Positions 6,780 to 16,784 of a stretch of DNA of 64,000 nt are shown one piece after another. The DNA comes from Elusimicrobia bacterium RIFOXYD2_FULL_34_15 (GTDB lineage: Bacteria; Elusimicrobiota; UBA8919): assembly GCA_001800605.1 (NCBI GenBank), contig MGVS01000070.1:2910-66909 (forward strand), written 5' to 3'. Numbering within the stretch: the first letter of the stretch is position 1; every line of letters starts with the position of its first letter. The notes under the pieces were generated by a model. It was not told where the DNA came from, did no database searches, and was given only the letters and a program-made list of their open reading frames with translations. A program made the translations under genes and the position numbers.

Positions 6780-9353
6780 TTATGGCCATGTGCCAGTAAA
6801 ATCTACAGTTACAGTTGAATTAGTGTCATCGACAGCTGTAGCAGTTACTCCTGTTTTAGTTTTTGTTGTTACAAAATCACCGGAAGTTTTTGTATACCAC
6901 GCCCGTAAGTTATAAGTATAACCTTTCCTTACTATTATTTCATATGTTCCGGAAGAGCCTGAAATAGAACCATAATATATATTTGCTCCGCTTCTAAATG
7001 TTGAATTGATTGTTTCGGGACTTTCTGCAGGGACCGTTCCGTTTGTCGCTATAATAAGGACACCCGTGGTTATATTGCCGCCTATCGCAGTATCACTGAC
7101 TGTCCCGATAATTTTTCCCCAGACCGATGTTATTTTAAAATTTTTGCCGGTTAAATCATCTCCTTGTGCAAGATTTATTGGAGTGGGCCAGTTGTCCTCT
7201 CTTATATAAGAGTCAGCAGAATCTAATACAGGATAAAGAACAACATCGGTTGCCGTTCTTATACCTTTTAAAGAGTATGTTCCGTCACTGCCGGAAACGG
7301 TGTCTTTTGAAAAGCCTGAGCTTGTACTTGTTGCTCTTACTGTGACAAAAGGCAATGCATCTCCTGAAGAATTTTTTGTTATTCCGGATATTTTTCCGGC
7401 CGTATATAGTTCCAGATTATCTACGGTTACGGATCTTCCTGCAGTTACTTCAATGAATTTTGTATCTTCTGTCCAATTTATATCGTCACAGTCCTGATTA
7501 GCAACTATTGTGTATGAACCTTCTGCTACTGTATAATTGTAATATCCGTTTGAATCTGTTGTTGCAGGCGAGTATCCGCTAACTGCAACTTGTATACCAG
7601 ATATACCTGTTGATGTTCCGCTGCGTATGACTCTTCCTGTGATAAATCCGCCGACTGACGGAGAAGATAATAAAACAGCGTTTATCTTATAATCTGAATG
7701 ATAAACTGGATATTTAGGTGAAGTAGAGGAATTAGGAATTGCTGTTCCAACATTGGAATTTACCGAGACATTTGCAATTTCTCTGTAATAACTACCCGAT
7801 GTAATATAAATAGACCAAGTTCCAGTAGCAACTGTAAGGGAAAAATATGCATTGGGTTTATTATTATTCTTATAGTATGCGGTAGTTGGTGAAGATAGTC
7901 CGTCGTTTGCGGATATTACAGCACCATATGCAGGTGTTCCGCTTACCGGTGGTGAAGAAGTTGAAGAATTATAAGGACAATAATTTTCAATACCATGTCT
8001 GTAATAAAAATCATAATCGTTAATATTAGAATCATATGCTCCACCGCCACGGATATCGGAAACGTATCCATAAGTTTGACCTGTAAAATGGTATCTGAAA
8101 AGTTCATGATCAGGTTCAATAGGACCATCATTACTTTTGAAACCTGTAGTTTCAGTTGCTTGTGAAGGAGGATCAGCGCCAAGTCCAGTATTTTTTCCCC
8201 ATGCTACTGAATCAATCTTGTTTGATGTTCCGGAATCATAAGAAAGAATAATTCCTCCCGGAACACTATTTTTTATGAAATCAGGATATGGACTTCCTTG
8301 ATCGTAAGTTGCGTCTGCAGTGACGCTTGTGTTATTAATATAAACAGTGCCTGTGTTTGCTATTAAGTAATAACTGAACGAAGGAACAGAAGTATTAGAA
8401 AAGCTAAGCGGAAATTCAGATAGATTATTGTCATCATAGTATAAATCAATTGATGCATCATCTATTGTCCATGCCCACGTTGTTGGATTAAATAACTGAA
8501 TGTATTCTTGTTCATGACTGTCATAATCCGTAGCTGTAACTATCAAAGAAATTAAAAGATGGTCATTAATCATCGCCCAACCTGTAACTGTTCCAGTCAA
8601 TTTTTGTGTTAATTGGATGTTTTGGTTGGCAGATACAGCAAAATTTGCAGTAGTATTGTTCCAGTAACCATCCTTTGATACAGTAAGTTGTATTGTTGCC
8701 GGAGTTGTGGTTTTAATCAGATAATAACCCGTAGAAGAAGTTTGTGAAGCCCAGTTTAGATTTTGAGCAACTTCAACTCTTGCGCTTGCGATACCTACTG
8801 CGGTTCCTGTTGTTGTTACAAGGCCATAAATTGTACCGCCTAAAGTTGTTCTGTAAGGATCATCTCTAAGGTTATATAGTACAAGCGATTTTGATTCGTT
8901 ATTTTCTGTCCAGGTTACTTCCACTTTTATTTTTTTTATACCTTCATCTGCCCCGGTCGGAGACATTGTTGATATTACTGTGTTCCCGGCATCGACTTCT
9001 TCCCGTGCACGCCAAACTGTAGTATATCTTACAAAAGTAGCATCACCGATTCTCAAAGTTTCCGGAGTATAACCTGTATAGGTTTCATCATGACCATGAT
9101 TTGCTAAATCGTCCAATGTTGTTACCAGTAATCTTGCATATGAATAGTTTTTTAAATATTCAATTTTTTCTTGTGCTAGATTATTTGCAATAGTTCTGGT
9201 TTTTGATGTAATAAGTCCTTTTCCGATTGTGCCGAAAGTTGTAATAATACCCATTATTACTATGCTTATTACAAGTATAGTAACCATTATTTCAACTTGA
9301 GAAAAACCAGAAGGTTTTTTTAATTTATAGAGTGAAAATATTTTTTCGTTCAT
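6780..9353 (-). CDS. Large (857 aa) type IV pilin-like protein with a prepilin N-terminus. Putative pilus tip or adhesin minor pilin.
   Basis: KKPSG|FSQVEIMVTILVISIVIMGII is a class III signal peptide. The body is long and S/T/G/N-rich, beta-rich and extracellular-looking. Confidence 0.5.
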   Translation of the reverse strand: MNEKIFSLYKLKKPSGFSQVEIMVTILVISIVIMGIITTFGTIGKGLITSKTRTIANNLAQEKIEYLKNYSYARLLVTTLDDLANHGHDETYTGYTPETLRIGDATFVRYTTVWRAREEVDAGNTVISTMSPTGADEGIKKIKVEVTWTENNESKSLVLYNLRDDPYRTTLGGTIYGLVTTTGTAVGIASARVEVAQNLNWASQTSSTGYYLIKTTTPATIQLTVSKDGYWNNTTANFAVSANQNIQLTQKLTGTVTGWAMINDHLLISLIVTATDYDSHEQEYIQLFNPTTWAWTIDDASIDLYYDDNNLSEFPLSFSNTSVPSFSYYLIANTGTVYINNTSVTADATYDQGSPYPDFIKNSVPGGIILSYDSGTSNKIDSVAWGKNTGLGADPPSQATETTGFKSNDGPIEPDHELFRYHFTGQTYGYVSDIRGGGAYDSNINDYDFYYRHGIENYCPYNSSTSSPPVSGTPAYGAVISANDGLSSPTTAYYKNNNKPNAYFSLTVATGTWSIYITSGSYYREIANVSVNSNVGTAIPNSSTSPKYPVYHSDYKINAVLLSSPSVGGFITGRVIRSGTSTGISGIQVAVSGYSPATTDSNGYYNYTVAEGSYTIVANQDCDDINWTEDTKFIEVTAGRSVTVDNLELYTAGKISGITKNSSGDALPFVTVRATSTSSGFSKDTVSGSDGTYSLKGIRTATDVVLYPVLDSADSYIREDNWPTPINLAQGDDLTGKNFKITSVWGKIIGTVSDTAIGGNITTGVLIIATNGTVPAESPETINSTFRSGANIYYGSISGSSGTYEIIVRKGYTYNLRAWYTKTSGDFVTTKTKTGVTATAVDDTNSTVTVDFTGTWP

Positions 9354-9392
9354 AAAAAGGATATAATGAGATTGAAAAACCCAACAATCTCT

Positions 9393-9477
9393 GATTACAC
9401 CGATTAAACAGCAAGATTACACAGATTAGATACCGACAGTAATATCCGTGTAATCGTCTTTTAAAATCTGTGTAATC
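9393..9477 (-). promoter_or_regulatory. Cluster of GATTACAC(A/C)G motifs (GATTACAC x4) upstream of the large pilin gene
   Basis: The same motif pairs occur at 573-608, 22716-22838 and 44571-44622. Each is in sense orientation upstream of a gene. Confidence 0.35.
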
Positions 9478-9552
9478 AAGAGCGGTGAATGCTTTTCAAC
9501 GCTCTAATATTTATAACACAAAACACACAAAAAGTCAAGGAGTTTTTAAATT

Positions 9553-9716
9553 CAGTATACAGTACACAGGATACAGTCTTAAGAAAAATCATAAGTTAAA
9601 ATTAAATCTAAATAGTAAGAGCTATTTGCTATTTATGCGTGCTGTGTACTGTCTTTTTAGTGCTATATTCTGTGTACTGTATTCTGTATTCTGTATACTG
9701 AGTACTGTCTTTTTAA
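9553..9716. repeat. ACAGGATACAG/CTGTATTCTGTAT repeat block with inverted-orientation arms. MITE-like element, about 165 nt.
   Basis: Left arm cagtatacagtacacaggatacagtc, right arm ctgtattctgtattctgtatactgagtactgtc. Same family as 15412-15470 and 34680-34725. Confidence 0.5.
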
Positions 9717-11632
9717 TATCTCCATGGATACCATTTTCTTTCTTCATCTTCAGGATTTTCAGTCTTTTTCTCACCGCCACCCGGTTTTATCCGGATGTTA
9801 AACCAGAATTCATAATAATTTTCTTTTTGGTCAAGAGGAATTCTTTGAATATAAGAAAAAGATGCTTCCCAACAGTGTAAATTTCTATAAACTTTTATAG
9901 CATTTTCATAATATCTGAAATTTGAAAAATTATAATTTAAAAAATCATAATTTAAAGATGTCTGCATTTTATATGCAATTTCCCAGTTTTTTGTTGGTCT
10001 AATTCCGGTTTCTGCAAAGGTGGTAAGTTTGCCCGGAGCAGCAAGGTTATAAGATACTCCGTTTTTTAAATAAGCATTTCCCTTAAAATTTATATTTGTA
10101 TCTAATTGTACGGAATTTGGTTTTCTGAATAATACGTTATAATCATTTCTATAGTAGACATTAAAAAATCTGTATGGGCTATAATCAATTTCAGTAGTTA
10201 TGCCTTCTAAACGTTCTCTAAAAGATATTATTTTTTCATTAAGCGCTCTGCGTATATTAAGTGCTGTAAAACCTCTAACAGTTAGATTATTCAAATATAC
10301 GGATTGAATTGTTCTTATCTTGTTTGTTAATACTCCATGATAATCATCATGCCGTAAATCAGGTTGTTGTTCAAATTCATGGATAAATTGGTGGTCAAAA
10401 ATTCTGGTTGAGCGTATATCCAAATCTAAATTTGTCCTGTATCGCCATGAATAAACATTTTTTTCTCTCGCAGTAATTTCGTCTCTATCTTTCCAAAATT
10501 GCTTATATCCTACTGCGGAGGTTAGTGTAATCCTTCTTGAAATAGAAAGCGGATTGGAAAATTTGATATCACCGGTTGCACCGGTTGTATAGGCACCGGT
10601 GGAAATAATTGACTTATCCCATGACCTTGCTCCGCTTAGATTTAATTCGTAATAAAGCGGTAATTTTTTTATTTTTATTTGCCTGGTCGCAAAAGATACT
10701 GCAGGAACAGATAGGGAATTCAAGATATAAATATTTTTGTTATTATCAAAGACATCACTTCTTGCAAATGTGATACGGGTTGTTGTTTGCTCTTTGTTTT
10801 TTGTAAGTGAAATCGAAGAATCTAAACTATTATAAATTTTTATCCAGTCATTTGTATAATATGCGTTAAATGACTCGTCGCTTGCATAATTTGAATTAAT
10901 TTGAGCAATCCAGTTTTGGCCTAAATTCTGCCAGTGATAAACCCTTGAATTCCACCTGATTTGTCCGGGTTTAGATGCGAAATTTTTTCCTTTAATTCTA
11001 TATCCATAAATTGTCCCGTTAACTTTGCCTTCATCTTTATAGAAAATTTCCCCTCCAGTTCCGATACCATTTATGGTAAAGTAATCAAGATAAAGTTTCC
11101 CGTAGATATATTCTGAAAGCGGATACCCAAGCATACCTTTTGCAAAAAATCCGTCGCGATTATTATAACCCGGCTTAATTTCAATTTTGTATTTTCTTTG
11201 TTTTAAATTTTTGTAATAGTATGGAAGTATTGCTGAAGGAATATCTCCTAGAAATAATACGACGTTTGTTGCGGTTATTCTTTTATTGACTATAAGGCTG
11301 GCACTTCTTGCATAATATTTGTAGTGCGGATTTTCGAGGTCACAAGTAGTGAAATAAATTCTTTTCAACAAAAGCTCTTGTGTTTTTTGATATGCTTCCA
11401 CAGAATCGCAGTTTAAATATGTATCCGTAGTTTTTAATTTTACATTGCCTGAAAAAATAGTTTTCCCTTGTAATTTATCAAACTGAACTTTATCGGAAGT
11501 TATATTGACTTCCTGCTCGCAATATAAATAAGTAACGGGTAACGAGTAACGGGTAACGAAAAGAACAGTAATGAGTAATGAGTAACGGGTAACGGGTAAT
11601 AAGATTATAAATAGTTTTTTTATATGTTTCAT
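9713..11632 (-). CDS. lptD: LPS-assembly protein LptD (OstA family)
   Basis: An OstA-like N-domain (NITSDKVQFDKLQGKTIFSGNVKL) is followed by a long beta-barrel body. The N-terminal signal region LPVTRYSLLITVLFVTRYSLPVTYL is encoded by the GTAACGGGTAACGAG repeat. Confidence 0.7.
   Translation of the reverse strand: MKHIKKLFIILLPVTRYSLLITVLFVTRYSLPVTYLYCEQEVNITSDKVQFDKLQGKTIFSGNVKLKTTDTYLNCDSVEAYQKTQELLLKRIYFTTCDLENPHYKYYARSASLIVNKRITATNVVLFLGDIPSAILPYYYKNLKQRKYKIEIKPGYNNRDGFFAKGMLGYPLSEYIYGKLYLDYFTINGIGTGGEIFYKDEGKVNGTIYGYRIKGKNFASKPGQIRWNSRVYHWQNLGQNWIAQINSNYASDESFNAYYTNDWIKIYNSLDSSISLTKNKEQTTTRITFARSDVFDNNKNIYILNSLSVPAVSFATRQIKIKKLPLYYELNLSGARSWDKSIISTGAYTTGATGDIKFSNPLSISRRITLTSAVGYKQFWKDRDEITAREKNVYSWRYRTNLDLDIRSTRIFDHQFIHEFEQQPDLRHDDYHGVLTNKIRTIQSVYLNNLTVRGFTALNIRRALNEKIISFRERLEGITTEIDYSPYRFFNVYYRNDYNVLFRKPNSVQLDTNINFKGNAYLKNGVSYNLAAPGKLTTFAETGIRPTKNWEIAYKMQTSLNYDFLNYNFSNFRYYENAIKVYRNLHCWEASFSYIQRIPLDQKENYYEFWFNIRIKPGGGEKKTENPEDEERKWYPWRY
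11523..11605. repeat. GTAACGGGTAACGAGTAACG-family tandem repeats, here inside the 5' end of lptD
   Basis: aacgggtaacgagtaacgggtaacgaaaagaacagtaatgagtaatgagtaacgggtaacgggtaat. Family members occur at 16745-16785, 17205-17260, 21050-21100, 24060-24095, 25605-25690 and 48570-48760. Confidence 0.8.
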
Positions 11633-11690
11633 AATGCTTTTTAATCTGTTGATAATTTATGCTTCAGTAATAGTAACTACGAACTATTAA

Positions 11691-12581
11691 CTATTCTCTA
11701 CTCAAATATGCTGCACCTATTGCTCCGAGATCTTTAGAATAATTCGATTTTCTAATTTTAACATGCTTTAAAGGTGTTTTAAAAGTAAATTTATTTAATT
11801 CTTTCATTAAAGTATCTTTTAATAAATCAAAAGAATTTGAAACGCCGCCGGAAAAAGTTATCATATCAGGATTAAATATATGAATGATGTTGTGTAAACC
11901 TACAGCTAAATAAAAAGCTATTTTACTAAATGCTGCAATCGCATTTTTGTTTCCATTTCTTGCATATTCTGTTAATATTTTAGTATCAGACACGTGTTTG
12001 TTAAAACCCATACTTTTAGCGATGCTTATTCTTCCTTTTTTCCCGATATATGCTTCAAGGCATCCAGGATTACCACAACTGCATTTAGGTCCGTTTGGAT
12101 TAATTGTAATATGCCCTATTTCTCCGGCAGAGCCGGTAGAGCCTCTGTAAAGTTTACCATCAATTACAATTCCACCTCCGATACCCGTTCCTAAAGTTAG
12201 AGTTATAAGATTCTTATTTTTTCTTTTTCCGTCAAGCACAAATGAACCATATGCAGCGCAATTGGCATCATTGTCAACTATCGTTTTAACTTTTAATTTT
12301 TTTTCAAAATATTTTTTTAAATTGATATTTTTCCATTCAGGGATGTTAGGTGAATATCTTATAATTCCTTTTTTACTGTTGATATCTCCTGCAGAGCCTA
12401 TACCGATAGATTTAAACTTACCGAAAGTTTTTAAATTTAGCAATATTTTTTCTAGCACATTTTTATATTGTTTATTAATCATAGGAAATTCAATTCTTTT
12501 TATGATTTTCCCTTTTTTATTGATTAATATTATCAATATTTTTGTTCCGCCTATATCTATACCAACTAGATTCTCAGACAT
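11691..12581 (-). CDS. ROK family sugar kinase (glucokinase-like)
   Basis: LVGIDIGGTKI, DNDANCAAYGS and the zinc motif CSCGNPGCLE. Start chosen at the ATG giving MSENLVGIDIGGT. Confidence 0.7.
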   Translation of the reverse strand: MSENLVGIDIGGTKILIILINKKGKIIKRIEFPMINKQYKNVLEKILLNLKTFGKFKSIGIGSAGDINSKKGIIRYSPNIPEWKNINLKKYFEKKLKVKTIVDNDANCAAYGSFVLDGKRKNKNLITLTLGTGIGGGIVIDGKLYRGSTGSAGEIGHITINPNGPKCSCGNPGCLEAYIGKKGRISIAKSMGFNKHVSDTKILTEYARNGNKNAIAAFSKIAFYLAVGLHNIIHIFNPDMITFSGGVSNSFDLLKDTLMKELNKFTFKTPLKHVKIRKSNYSKDLGAIGAAYLSRE

Positions 12582-13792
12582 TTTATGGCCTCCGAAACCG
12601 TATAAAATGAACCGGTTATACAAAAATTGCTTAAACTATTTACTGCTGATTTTGTTGCAGATTTGATATCCTTATACACAAAGACGTTCTTTATAGGAAT
12701 ATATTTAATAAATTCGTTCTTTACCGTTTCAGGCTTTAATGCCCGCTTTATTTTTGGTGCTGAAATAAAAACTTTATTTGCAATAGGTGAAATATTCTTT
12801 ATCATATTTTTATAATCTTTATCTTTTAAAACTCCAAAAACAAAATTTAGTTTTTTATTAAAATATTTTTTTATAGAATCTTTTAAAACAAGCATACCCG
12901 CCGGATTATGCGCCACATCTACAATAATTTTGAATTTATTTTCGCCATTACTTCTATGGCGAATCCGCCAAAGTCTCAGTGGCGGAAATTGCCTTACTTC
13001 AAATCTTCCGGGCAAATTAGTTTTTTTTAATCCTTCTTGAATGTTCTTATTAGAAATATTCAATATTTGTGCGCATTTAGCTGCAATAGAAGCATTTTGT
13101 TGCTGATGATTTCCAAATAGCGGAAGCTTATATTTCTTTGTTATTTTCACAGGGAAAATTGCCGCATTCTTTTTTTTTGCAAATTCTTTTATAGTTTTTA
13201 ATGCAATACCTGTTGAACCGGTTATAACAGTTCCATTGTTTTTTATAATTCCCGATTTTTCTCCTGATATTTTTTTTATTGTATAACCAAGATATTGTGT
13301 ATGTTCAAGCGAAATATTTGTAATTATAGAAATAAGAGTATTTTTTACTACATTTGTTGCATCTAATCTGCCACCAAGGCCCACTTCTATTACTGCAAAA
13401 TCTACTTTTCTTCTTTCGAAATGCCAGAAAGCCATTGCCGTTAAAAATTCAAAATAGGTTAATGAATATTTATTTGCTAATTTATGAAATTTTGTTGTAA
13501 ATTCTGAAAACTCATTTTTAGATATTAATTTTCTATTTATTTGTATTCGTTCCCTGATATCTGAAATATGAGGAGATGTAAAAAGTCCGACATTGTATTT
13601 TGCATTTTGTAAGGTTGAGGAGATGTAGGCACAGACAGAACCTTTTCCATTGGTTCCTGCGACATGAATTATCTTGAGTTTATCCTGCGGATTAGCGAGT
13701 TTTTCTAAAAATATTTTTATTCGATTCAAATCAAAATCATATGAAAATTCGCCAAGATTATATACATATTTTAGCGATTGTTGATAGTTCAT
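12566..13792 (-). CDS. folC: Bifunctional folylpolyglutamate synthase / dihydrofolate synthase
   Basis: IHVAGTNGKGSV P-loop, FTSPHI, Mur ligase fold. Confidence 0.85.
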   Translation of the reverse strand: MNYQQSLKYVYNLGEFSYDFDLNRIKIFLEKLANPQDKLKIIHVAGTNGKGSVCAYISSTLQNAKYNVGLFTSPHISDIRERIQINRKLISKNEFSEFTTKFHKLANKYSLTYFEFLTAMAFWHFERRKVDFAVIEVGLGGRLDATNVVKNTLISIITNISLEHTQYLGYTIKKISGEKSGIIKNNGTVITGSTGIALKTIKEFAKKKNAAIFPVKITKKYKLPLFGNHQQQNASIAAKCAQILNISNKNIQEGLKKTNLPGRFEVRQFPPLRLWRIRHRSNGENKFKIIVDVAHNPAGMLVLKDSIKKYFNKKLNFVFGVLKDKDYKNMIKNISPIANKVFISAPKIKRALKPETVKNEFIKYIPIKNVFVYKDIKSATKSAVNSLSNFCITGSFYTVSEAIKCLRI

Positions 13793-14604
13793 TTTAACAT
13801 ATCTAAAATTTTTGATATTGTATTTTTAAGTTCTTTCCTTTCAACAATCATATCAATCTGACCATGCTCAAGTAAAAATTCTGAAAGTTGGAATCCTTCC
13901 GGAAGTTTTTGTTTTATTGTTTGCTCAATAACCCGGGGGCCTGCGAATCCAATTAAAGCTTTCGGTTCTGCTATTATTACGTCGCCTAAAATCGCAAAAG
14001 AAGCGGATACACCGCCGGTAACAGGATGAGCCAGAATTGATATAAAAGGAATATTTTTTTCAGATAGTCTTGCTAGTGCCGCCGAAGTTTTTGCCATCTG
14101 CATAAGCGAAAATATACCTTCCTGCATTCTTGCACCGCCGGAAGACGATACTATTATAAGTGGCAATTTATTTTTTATAGCAGTTTCAATTGTTATTGTA
14201 ATTTTTTCGCCCACAACACTTCCCATACTTCCACCCATAAAATCAAAATTCATAACACATAGCGCAATTTCTGTATTATTTATTTTGCCTGTACCGATAG
14301 TTACGGCTTCATTTAATTTTGTTTTTTTCTTGGTGTTTTTTATTCTCGACGAATATTTCTGTGTGTCCTTGAAATTTAGCGGATCTGTTGATTCTAAATT
14401 AGGTTCTATCTCGATAAAACTATTTTCATCGAGAAGTTGTTTTATTCTTTCTTGATAAGATAATCTGAAATAATATCCGCATTTTGGACAAACAAAAAGA
14501 TTTTCCGAAAGCTCCTTATTATAAATAATATTCTGACAGCTATCACATTTCTTCCATAAGCCGTCAGGTACGGATATTTTACCTTTTGGTTCTTCTACTG
14601 GCAT
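13789..14604 (-). CDS. accD: Acetyl-CoA carboxylase carboxyltransferase subunit beta
   Basis: N-terminal Zn-ribbon CDSCQN..CPKCGYY plus the carboxyltransferase domain. Confidence 0.9.
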   Translation of the reverse strand: MPVEEPKGKISVPDGLWKKCDSCQNIIYNKELSENLFVCPKCGYYFRLSYQERIKQLLDENSFIEIEPNLESTDPLNFKDTQKYSSRIKNTKKKTKLNEAVTIGTGKINNTEIALCVMNFDFMGGSMGSVVGEKITITIETAIKNKLPLIIVSSSGGARMQEGIFSLMQMAKTSAALARLSEKNIPFISILAHPVTGGVSASFAILGDVIIAEPKALIGFAGPRVIEQTIKQKLPEGFQLSEFLLEHGQIDMIVERKELKNTISKILDMLK

Positions 14605-14623
14605 AATGAACCCTCCACAAAAA

Positions 14624-15403
14624 TTAAATGTTACGAGTGATATATTTAAGAAAATTTATAATAGATTTCTTCTTTTTTATTAAACTAATTATTGCACTTC
14701 CTATGATAAAACCTTCGCAATATTTCTTTAATTTTTCTATATGTTCAGGTTTAGAAATACCGAAGCCAACAAACAATGGTTTTGAAGTTTTGTTTTTAAG
14801 TTTTTTTAAAAATGGAATTAATTCATCGGATAATTCTGCTCGCGCTCCTGTGATACCGGTTACTGCTGTGACATAAATAAAACCTGTGGATATTTTAGAT
14901 ATTTTTTCTGCTCTTTTTAAACCGCTTGTTAATGCTACAAGCGGTATATAAGCTATATTATATTTTTTTGCTAATTTTCTTATCAACGAACTTTCTTCAA
15001 AAGGTAAGTCAGGAATTATAATACCGTCTACTCCTGTTTTATGTGATTTGCTAAAAAAAGCATTCAAACCATAGTTATAAATCGGATTAAGATATCCCAT
15101 CAATATAACAGGGATTTTTGTTTTTTTTCTTATATTTTTTACAATAGAAAAACATTTTTCTAAATTTACATTATTTTCAAGTGCTTTTTGAGAAGAATAT
15201 TGTATTGTCGGACCATCAGCTATCGGATCTGAAAATGGTATCCCCAATTCAATTATATCAGAATATTTTTCTATTTCAATTATCAATTTCTCTGTAGTAT
15301 TTACATTTGGATAACCTGCAGTAAGAAATATAGAGATTGCTTTCTTTTTTTCTTTTTTTAATTTATATAATGTTTTTTCTAAATTATTCATAATGCAGCT
15401 CAC
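14624..15403 (-). CDS. trpA: Tryptophan synthase alpha chain
   Basis: FLTAGYP, ELGIPFSDPIADGPTIQ. Confidence 0.9.
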   Translation of the reverse strand: MSCIMNNLEKTLYKLKKEKKKAISIFLTAGYPNVNTTEKLIIEIEKYSDIIELGIPFSDPIADGPTIQYSSQKALENNVNLEKCFSIVKNIRKKTKIPVILMGYLNPIYNYGLNAFFSKSHKTGVDGIIIPDLPFEESSLIRKLAKKYNIAYIPLVALTSGLKRAEKISKISTGFIYVTAVTGITGARAELSDELIPFLKKLKNKTSKPLFVGFGISKPEHIEKLKKYCEGFIIGSAIISLIKKKKSIINFLKYITRNI

Positions 15404-15411
15404 AGGATACA

Positions 15412-15470
15412 GGATACAGGATACAGGATACAGGATACAGGATACAGGATACAGAATACAGAATACAGAA
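15412..15470. repeat. Microsatellite (CAGGATA)7(CAGAATA)3, the reverse complement of (CTGTATC)n. It lies directly upstream of the trpA start, between trpB and trpA.
   Basis: acaggatacaggatacaggatac...agaatacagaatacagaatt read directly. Confidence 0.85.
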
Positions 15471-15494
15471 TTATAAACTGCTAACGATCTTTCT

Positions 15495-15530
15495 TTTTAC
15501 CTCTCTACCTCTCTACCCTTCTACCTTGAT
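15495..15530. repeat. CTCTACC-family repeat, abutting and supplying the TAG stop of trpB
   Basis: cctctctacctctctacccttctacc. Related copies at 33985-34005, 34755-34790 and 42262-42306. Confidence 0.6.
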
Positions 15531-16687
15531 TTTAAGTATTCTACATCCTTATCGCCTCTGCCGGAAAGGCATATAATTATAGTTTTGTTTTTTATTTTAT
15601 TTTTTATTTTGGACAAATAAGCGATTGCATGAGAAGATTCAAGTGCCGGTATAATACCTTCACTTTCAGATAATAATTTAAAACCGTAAATTGCTTCTTT
15701 GTCAGTAACAGAAACATACTCAGCACGTTTTGTTGATTTATAGTAAGAATGTTCTGGTCCGACTCCCGGATAGTCAAGTCCGGCTGAGATTGAATGTGTT
15801 TCTAGAACCTGCCCGTCTTTATTTTGAAGTATGAAACTTTTTGATCCGTGCAGAATACCGATCTTTCCTTTTTCCAGTGTTGCGGAATGTTTCCCGGAAG
15901 AAAGTCCTAAACCACCGGCTTCGACACCGATAAACTTTACGTTGTTGTCGTTATAGAAAGGATGGAAAAGGCCGATGGAGTTGCTTCCGCCGCCGACACA
16001 AGCTAATAGATAATCCGGCAAATGTCCTTCAATTTCTAAAATCTGTTTCCTTGCTTCCTTACCAATTATAGATTGAAAGTCACGCACAATCATGGGATAT
16101 GGATGCGGTCCGACACAAGAACCGATAAGATAATGGGTTGTTTTTATGTTTGTCACCCAATCGCGCATAGCTTCATTTATAGCATCTTTAAGTGTTTTTG
16201 AGCCGGAATATACCGGTATAACATTAGCACCCAGTATTTTCATTCTATAAACATTTAAAGCCTGTCTTTTTGTATCTTCGTAGCCCATAAAAATTTCGCA
16301 TTTAATTCCTAACAGGGCACAAACGGTAGCTGTTGCTACTCCATGCTGACCTGCCCCTGTTTCTGCTATTATCCTGGTTTTACCCATTTTTTGGGCAAGT
16401 AGTGCCTGTCCAAGTGCATTATTAATTTTATGTGAACCTGTATGGCATAGATCTTCTCTTTTTAGATAGATTTTTGATGAAAATATTTTTGAGATGTTTT
16501 TGGCGAAATATAGAGGTGTTGATCTTCCTGCGTAGTTTTTAAGATAGTAGTTTAACTGAGCATGAAAACTTTTGTCAGTTTTAATATTTTTATAGAAATT
16601 TTCAAGTTCAATAATTGCTGGAATTAACGTCTCAGGAGCATATCTGCCTCCGAATTTTCCAAAGTAACCGTTTTTATCAGGTAACAT
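15521..16687 (-). CDS. trpB: Tryptophan synthase beta chain
   Basis: [16 protein letters not shown] motif. Full-length TrpB. Confidence 0.95.
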   Translation of the reverse strand: MLPDKNGYFGKFGGRYAPETLIPAIIELENFYKNIKTDKSFHAQLNYYLKNYAGRSTPLYFAKNISKIFSSKIYLKREDLCHTGSHKINNALGQALLAQKMGKTRIIAETGAGQHGVATATVCALLGIKCEIFMGYEDTKRQALNVYRMKILGANVIPVYSGSKTLKDAINEAMRDWVTNIKTTHYLIGSCVGPHPYPMIVRDFQSIIGKEARKQILEIEGHLPDYLLACVGGGSNSIGLFHPFYNDNNVKFIGVEAGGLGLSSGKHSATLEKGKIGILHGSKSFILQNKDGQVLETHSISAGLDYPGVGPEHSYYKSTKRAEYVSVTDKEAIYGFKLLSESEGIIPALESSHAIAYLSKIKNKIKNKTIIICLSGRGDKDVEYLKSR

Positions 16688-16784
16688 ATCGATTTATTAT
16701 ACAAAAAATAGCATAAAAAACAATAAAAATAGCAGTTAACATATTACCCATTACTCGTTACTCATTACCCGTTACTTATTTTCT

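Noticed and set aside
5292-9353. Complete diversity-generating retroelement around the Avd-like four-helix-bundle gene
   Set aside because: No reverse transcriptase ORF and no recognisable TR/VR pair in the window. Kept as a check in findings rather than a call.
9485-9880. Plus-strand ORFs antisense to or overlapping annotated genes (9485-9880, 12262-12666, 18125-18673, 20334-20882, 21013-21330, 44689-45067 and similar)
   Set aside because: They are composed of repeat sequence or antisense to strongly supported genes (lptD, glucokinase/folC, atpD/atpG, atpA). They are low-complexity with no family signal.
12582-12623. Extended glucokinase start (MYNRFILYGFGGHKM...)
   Set aside because: It overlaps the folC coding end. 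The conserved ROK N-terminus begins at MSENLVGIDIGGT, so the downstream ATG at 12581 was chosen.
15412-15470. CRISPR array?
   Set aside because: It is a simple heptamer microsatellite without unique spacers. No repeat-spacer architecture and no cas genes anywhere in the window.
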